Below, one piece after another: positions 60,739-64,000 of a DNA stretch of 64,000 nt. This DNA is from Synechococcus sp. (lineage in GTDB: Bacteria; Cyanobacteriota; Cyanobacteriia; PCC-6307; Cyanobiaceae). Location of the stretch: the NCBI GenBank assembly GCA_047285805.1, contig JBJBCN010000002.1:960001-1024000 (forward strand), given 5' to 3'. The notes under the pieces are model-generated. The model saw only the letters and a program-made list of their open reading frames with translations. It searched no databases and was not told where the DNA came from. The stretch's first letter is position 1; every line of letters begins with the position of its first letter. The translations under genes and the position numbers were made by a program.

Positions 60739-62565
60739 GTGACCAATACCCCCTGCGAGAGCGCAACCAGCTCTGTGGATCTCAGCGCGCTCGATTTGGC
60801 CAGCAGCCAGGACAGCGCACCGAGCGAAAGCATAGAAATCGCCACGGCAGAACCCAGTCAGAAGAACGGTTTTGACGCCTTTGGCTTCTCCGAGGAAATC
60901 CTCGAAGCCCTTGCGGAGGTCGGCTACAGCGAGCCCTCTCCGATCCAAGCGGCCGCCATTCCTGAGCTGATGCTCGGTCGCGACCTGGTAGGTCAAGCCC
61001 AGACCGGTACCGGCAAAACGGCGGCCTTCGCCCTGCCGATGCTGGCGGCCCTCGATGAGACCCAACGCACCCCCCAGGTGCTGGTGCTCACCCCCACCCG
61101 TGAGCTGGCCATCCAGGTGGCCGACTCCTTTAAGAGCTACGCCACCAAACTTCCCCACCTGCGGGTCCTGGCCCTCTACGGGGGCTCGGACTTCCGCGAT
61201 CAGATCCACAAGCTCAAGCGCGGGGTTCAGATCGTGGTCGGCACCCCCGGCCGGGTGATGGACCACATGCGTCAGGGCACACTCGATGTCTCCGGGCTGC
61301 GCAGCCTGGTGCTCGACGAAGCCGACGAGATGCTGCGCATGGGCTTCATCGACGACGTCGAGTGGGTCCTGAGCCAACTGCCTGAGAAGCGTCAGGTGGT
61401 GCTCTTCTCGGCAACGATGCCCAGCGAGATCCGCCGAATCTCCCACCAGTACCTGAACAGCCCCGCTGAGATCACGATCAAAACCAAGGGGTCTGATTCC
61501 AGCCGGATCCAGCAGCGCTTCATCACGGTCAACGGTCCAATGAAGCTCGAGGCCCTGAGCCGCGTGCTCGAGGCCGAGACCAAAGAAGGGGTGATCATCT
61601 TTGCCCGCACCAAGGCGATCACGGTGACCGTGGCCGAAGCCCTGGAAGCCAAGGGCTACGGAGTCGCGGTCCTGAACGGTGACGTGGCTCAGAACCAGCG
61701 GGAACGCACGATTGAGCGCCTCAAGAACGGCACCGTGGACGTGCTGGTGGCCACCGATGTCGCCGCCCGCGGCCTGGATGTGGACCGGATCAGCCTGGTC
61801 ATCAACTACGACATCCCCTTCGATTCCGAGGCATACGTCCACCGCATTGGCCGCACCGGCCGTGCTGGCCGCACCGGCAACGCGATCCTGTTCGTGACGC
61901 CGCGCGAGCGACGCTTCATCGCTGGTCTGGAGCGTGCCGTTGGTCGCTCCATCGATCCGATGGAGATCCCCACCAACGCGAGCATCAATCAAAGCCGCCT
62001 GGATCGTCTGCGCGAGCGCCTGAGCCAAACCGTGAACGGGCTCAATACGGAGGAGAACAGCAACCTCAGCGAACAGCAGGCGCTGCTTTCAGAAATCATC
62101 AAGCGCGTTGGCCAGGAAAGCGATGTCAGCCCTGAGCAGCTTGCCCTGGCCGCCCTGCAGATGGCCGTCGGCGCCCAGCCCCTACTGGTCCATGACGATG
62201 AGAACTGGATCCGCCAACAACCCCAGTCCCGCGATGGCCGCCGCAACGGTCGCTTTGGCGACCGCGATCGCGGTCCCCGCAATGCCCCCGGCAGTCGCCG
62301 CGGCCCCCGCGAGCAAGCCGGTCCTCCGGAAGATCACATGGATCGCTTTCGCATCGAGGTGGGCTGGCGCGACCGGATCAAACCCGGAAACATCGTTGGC
62401 GCGATTGCCAATGAGTCCGGTCTGAACGGCCGCAGCATCGGTCGAATTCAAATCTTCGACAGCCACAGCCTCGTGGACCTGCCCAAGGGCATGCCTGACG
62501 ACGTCTTCCAAAATCTGAAGCGTCTAAAAGTGTTGAATCGCGAACTTCAGATCTCTCGCATCTAA
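60739..62565 (+). CDS. deaD: DEAD-box RNA helicase (DeaD/CsdA type)
   Basis: AQTGTGKT, PTRELA, DEAD, SAT, HRIGRTGR, DbpA-like C-terminal domain. Confidence 0.93.
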   Translation: MTNTPCESATSSVDLSALDLASSQDSAPSESIEIATAEPSQKNGFDAFGFSEEILEALAEVGYSEPSPIQAAAIPELMLGRDLVGQAQTGTGKTAAFALPMLAALDETQRTPQVLVLTPTRELAIQVADSFKSYATKLPHLRVLALYGGSDFRDQIHKLKRGVQIVVGTPGRVMDHMRQGTLDVSGLRSLVLDEADEMLRMGFIDDVEWVLSQLPEKRQVVLFSATMPSEIRRISHQYLNSPAEITIKTKGSDSSRIQQRFITVNGPMKLEALSRVLEAETKEGVIIFARTKAITVTVAEALEAKGYGVAVLNGDVAQNQRERTIERLKNGTVDVLVATDVAARGLDVDRISLVINYDIPFDSEAYVHRIGRTGRAGRTGNAILFVTPRERRFIAGLERAVGRSIDPMEIPTNASINQSRLDRLRERLSQTVNGLNTEENSNLSEQQALLSEIIKRVGQESDVSPEQLALAALQMAVGAQPLLVHDDENWIRQQPQSRDGRRNGRFGDRDRGPRNAPGSRRGPREQAGPPEDHMDRFRIEVGWRDRIKPGNIVGAIANESGLNGRSIGRIQIFDSHSLVDLPKGMPDDVFQNLKRLKVLNRELQISRI

Positions 62566-62591
62566 GGCTGGCTTGAACCAGCCGACGGGCC

Positions 62592-62819
62592 TCAAGCGCA
62601 AAGGCCCGTAACCGATTCGCTGGACAAATCGGTTAGCTCAGCCACGCTCATGCTCTCGACAGCCATGACCAAAGAGGGCTGCACCTCTTCGGTTTCGATC
62701 GCCACAAGGGTCTGAAGCAGATCGAAGCGATCCTGGGGGGCGAGCTCACCGCTCTTGCTCCAAGCCAAACTCCAGGGGACTGGTGCCGTCATCAGGGGCT
62801 CCCGATAGCGGGTGTTCAT
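62592..62819 (-). CDS. Small hypothetical protein (start uncertain)
   Basis: VPWSLAWSKSGELAPQDRFDLL; fits between neighbours. Confidence 0.5.
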   Translation of the reverse strand: MNTRYREPLMTAPVPWSLAWSKSGELAPQDRFDLLQTLVAIETEEVQPSLVMAVESMSVAELTDLSSESVTGLCA

Positions 62820-63094
62820 TTGCTGACAATGGGACAGCAAATGGGGATCAAGCCTTTTCTTCGGATTCCTTTCGGTCTTACTTCAAGGCCCGTTACCGCT
62901 CCCATCGCTGAAGACAACGGCCTCGAAAACGGGCAACTTCCGTCCTGCAGCGCAGCCCTCCCCCGAGATTCGCTGAAACGCTTGCTGAGTTCTGGGAGGT
63001 CGGCGCTGTAGTCTGACCCTGATTCCAAAAGCTTCCAGGCTCCACACGGAACCCCACAGCATCAACGAATCAGTTTTCAGGTTCCGTCTAAGGA

Positions 63095-63490
63095 ATGACC
63101 ATTTACGTTGGAAACCTCTCGTTCCAAGCCGAACAAGAGGATCTGCTCGACCTGTTCAGCCAGTACGGCGAGGTGAGCAAGTGCAGCCTTCCCCTCGATC
63201 GTGAGACCGGCCGCAAGCGCGGTTTCGCCTTCGTCGAGATGGCGAACGACGCTGACGAGCAGAAAGCTATCGACGATCTGCAGAACGTCGAGTGGATGGG
63301 TCGCATGATCCGCGTCAACAAAGCAACCCCCCGCGAAGGCGGCGGCGGCGGCGGCGGTCGTGGCGGCTACGGCGGCGGCGGCGGCGGCAACCGTGGCGGC
63401 GGCTATGGCGGCGGCGGCGGTCGTGGCGGCTACGGCGGTGGCGGCGGTGGCGGCGGCTACGGCGGCGGCGGCGGCGACAACCGCTGGTGA
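63095..63490 (+). CDS. rbp: RRM RNA-binding protein with a Gly-rich tail
   Basis: RNP2 IYVGNL, RNP1 RGFAFVEM, GGY/RGG tail. Confidence 0.95.
   Translation: MTIYVGNLSFQAEQEDLLDLFSQYGEVSKCSLPLDRETGRKRGFAFVEMANDADEQKAIDDLQNVEWMGRMIRVNKATPREGGGGGGGRGGYGGGGGGNRGGGYGGGGGRGGYGGGGGGGGYGGGGGDNRW
63338..63476 (+). repeat. Coding (GGC)n low-complexity repeat
   Basis: Runs of GGC encoding the Gly-rich tail of rbp. Confidence 0.85.
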
Positions 63491-63532
63491 TCGTGCGGTG
63501 CCCTCGGGCATCACACCTCCCCAACTCACAAG

Positions 63533-63580
63533 AAAAATCCCCGGCCGGGCTCCATTGGTGCCCGCGTCCAGGGATTTTTT
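63533..63580. terminator. Probable bidirectional terminator
   Basis: AAAAATCCC...GGGATTTTTT between convergent genes. Confidence 0.65.
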
Positions 63581-63617
63581 GATGGATTGAAGTGACCGAT
63601 CCGGCGTTGGACTGCCG

Positions 63618-63818
63618 TCAGATGATGACTTCGAGCTCTTCGTTCTCGATCAGATCCTGCAGTTGATCGCGTTGCCACTCCTTGCAACGCACCTCAGACA
63701 CGGAATGGGTCGGCTGCAGTTCGCCTTCACGCGGTTCCGGCAAGACGCTGCGGAGCGAGCGCCTTCTCAGCTTCGCGGTCCAGCGATGAAAGCGATGAAA
63801 CGATCTCGAACGGGTCAT
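63618..63818 (-). CDS. Small hypothetical protein
   Basis: Strong AGGAGG ribosome-binding site before the ATG; basic N-terminus, acidic C-terminus. Confidence 0.6.
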   Translation of the reverse strand: MTRSRSFHRFHRWTAKLRRRSLRSVLPEPREGELQPTHSVSEVRCKEWQRDQLQDLIENEELEVII

Positions 63819-63928
63819 AGACACCCTCCTGTTGGAGACACCACGGTTCTAACGCTGGGGAAACAAAGAAATCAGTTCTCCATGAGCAGCTTCATATTGA
63901 ATTCAACCCGGCGCCTTTGAATGGCGCC

Positions 63929-64000
63929 ATGACCCCAGTCCACCCCCCACTGCGCCGCCTGCAGCGCACCCTGAGCCCCCATCGCCGCTTGGTGCGGCTT
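63929..64000 (+). CDS. Start of a gene running off the window (possibly an ABC transporter)
   Basis: MTPVHPPLRRLQRTLSPHRRLVRL resembles N-termini of ABC exporter permease/ATPase fusions; only 24 codons visible. Confidence 0.4.
   Translation, partial: MTPVHPPLRRLQRTLSPHRRLVRL

Overview
High-GC picocyanobacterial chromosome (Synechococcus/Cyanobium/Vulcanococcus-like; inferred from psbY, hli, ycf54, crtH and gene order). Two core blocks flank a mosaic accessory region. Left block (1-16.1 kb): GST, gor, alanine/glycine symporter, carB, rsfS, asparaginase, transaldolase-family gene, tRNA-fMet, GMC oxidoreductase, cbiX, hli. Right block (40.3-64 kb): tRNA-Lys, gamma-CA, psbY, trmFO, crtH, GH13, grxD/bolA, plsC-like, pdxJ, ycf54, recCBD, DEAD-box helicase, rbp. 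The accessory region (about 16.2-40.3 kb) lies on the 3' side of tRNA-Lys. It holds a DAACS transporter fused to a binding domain, a Yfr2-like sRNA, and an AT-rich insert (about 20.2-27.1 kb) with an MFS-like protein, a membrane Fe-S/cNMP protein, a passenger-less inverse-autotransporter barrel and an adjacent secreted protein. It also holds three paralogous small Cys-pair membrane proteins and many gene relics (integrase, phage lysozyme, sigma factor, lipoprotein) that the ORF track misses. The best candidate for an undescribed system is the barrel plus separate secreted protein (a possible split type Ve system). All family calls are by eye and from memory; no searches were run.
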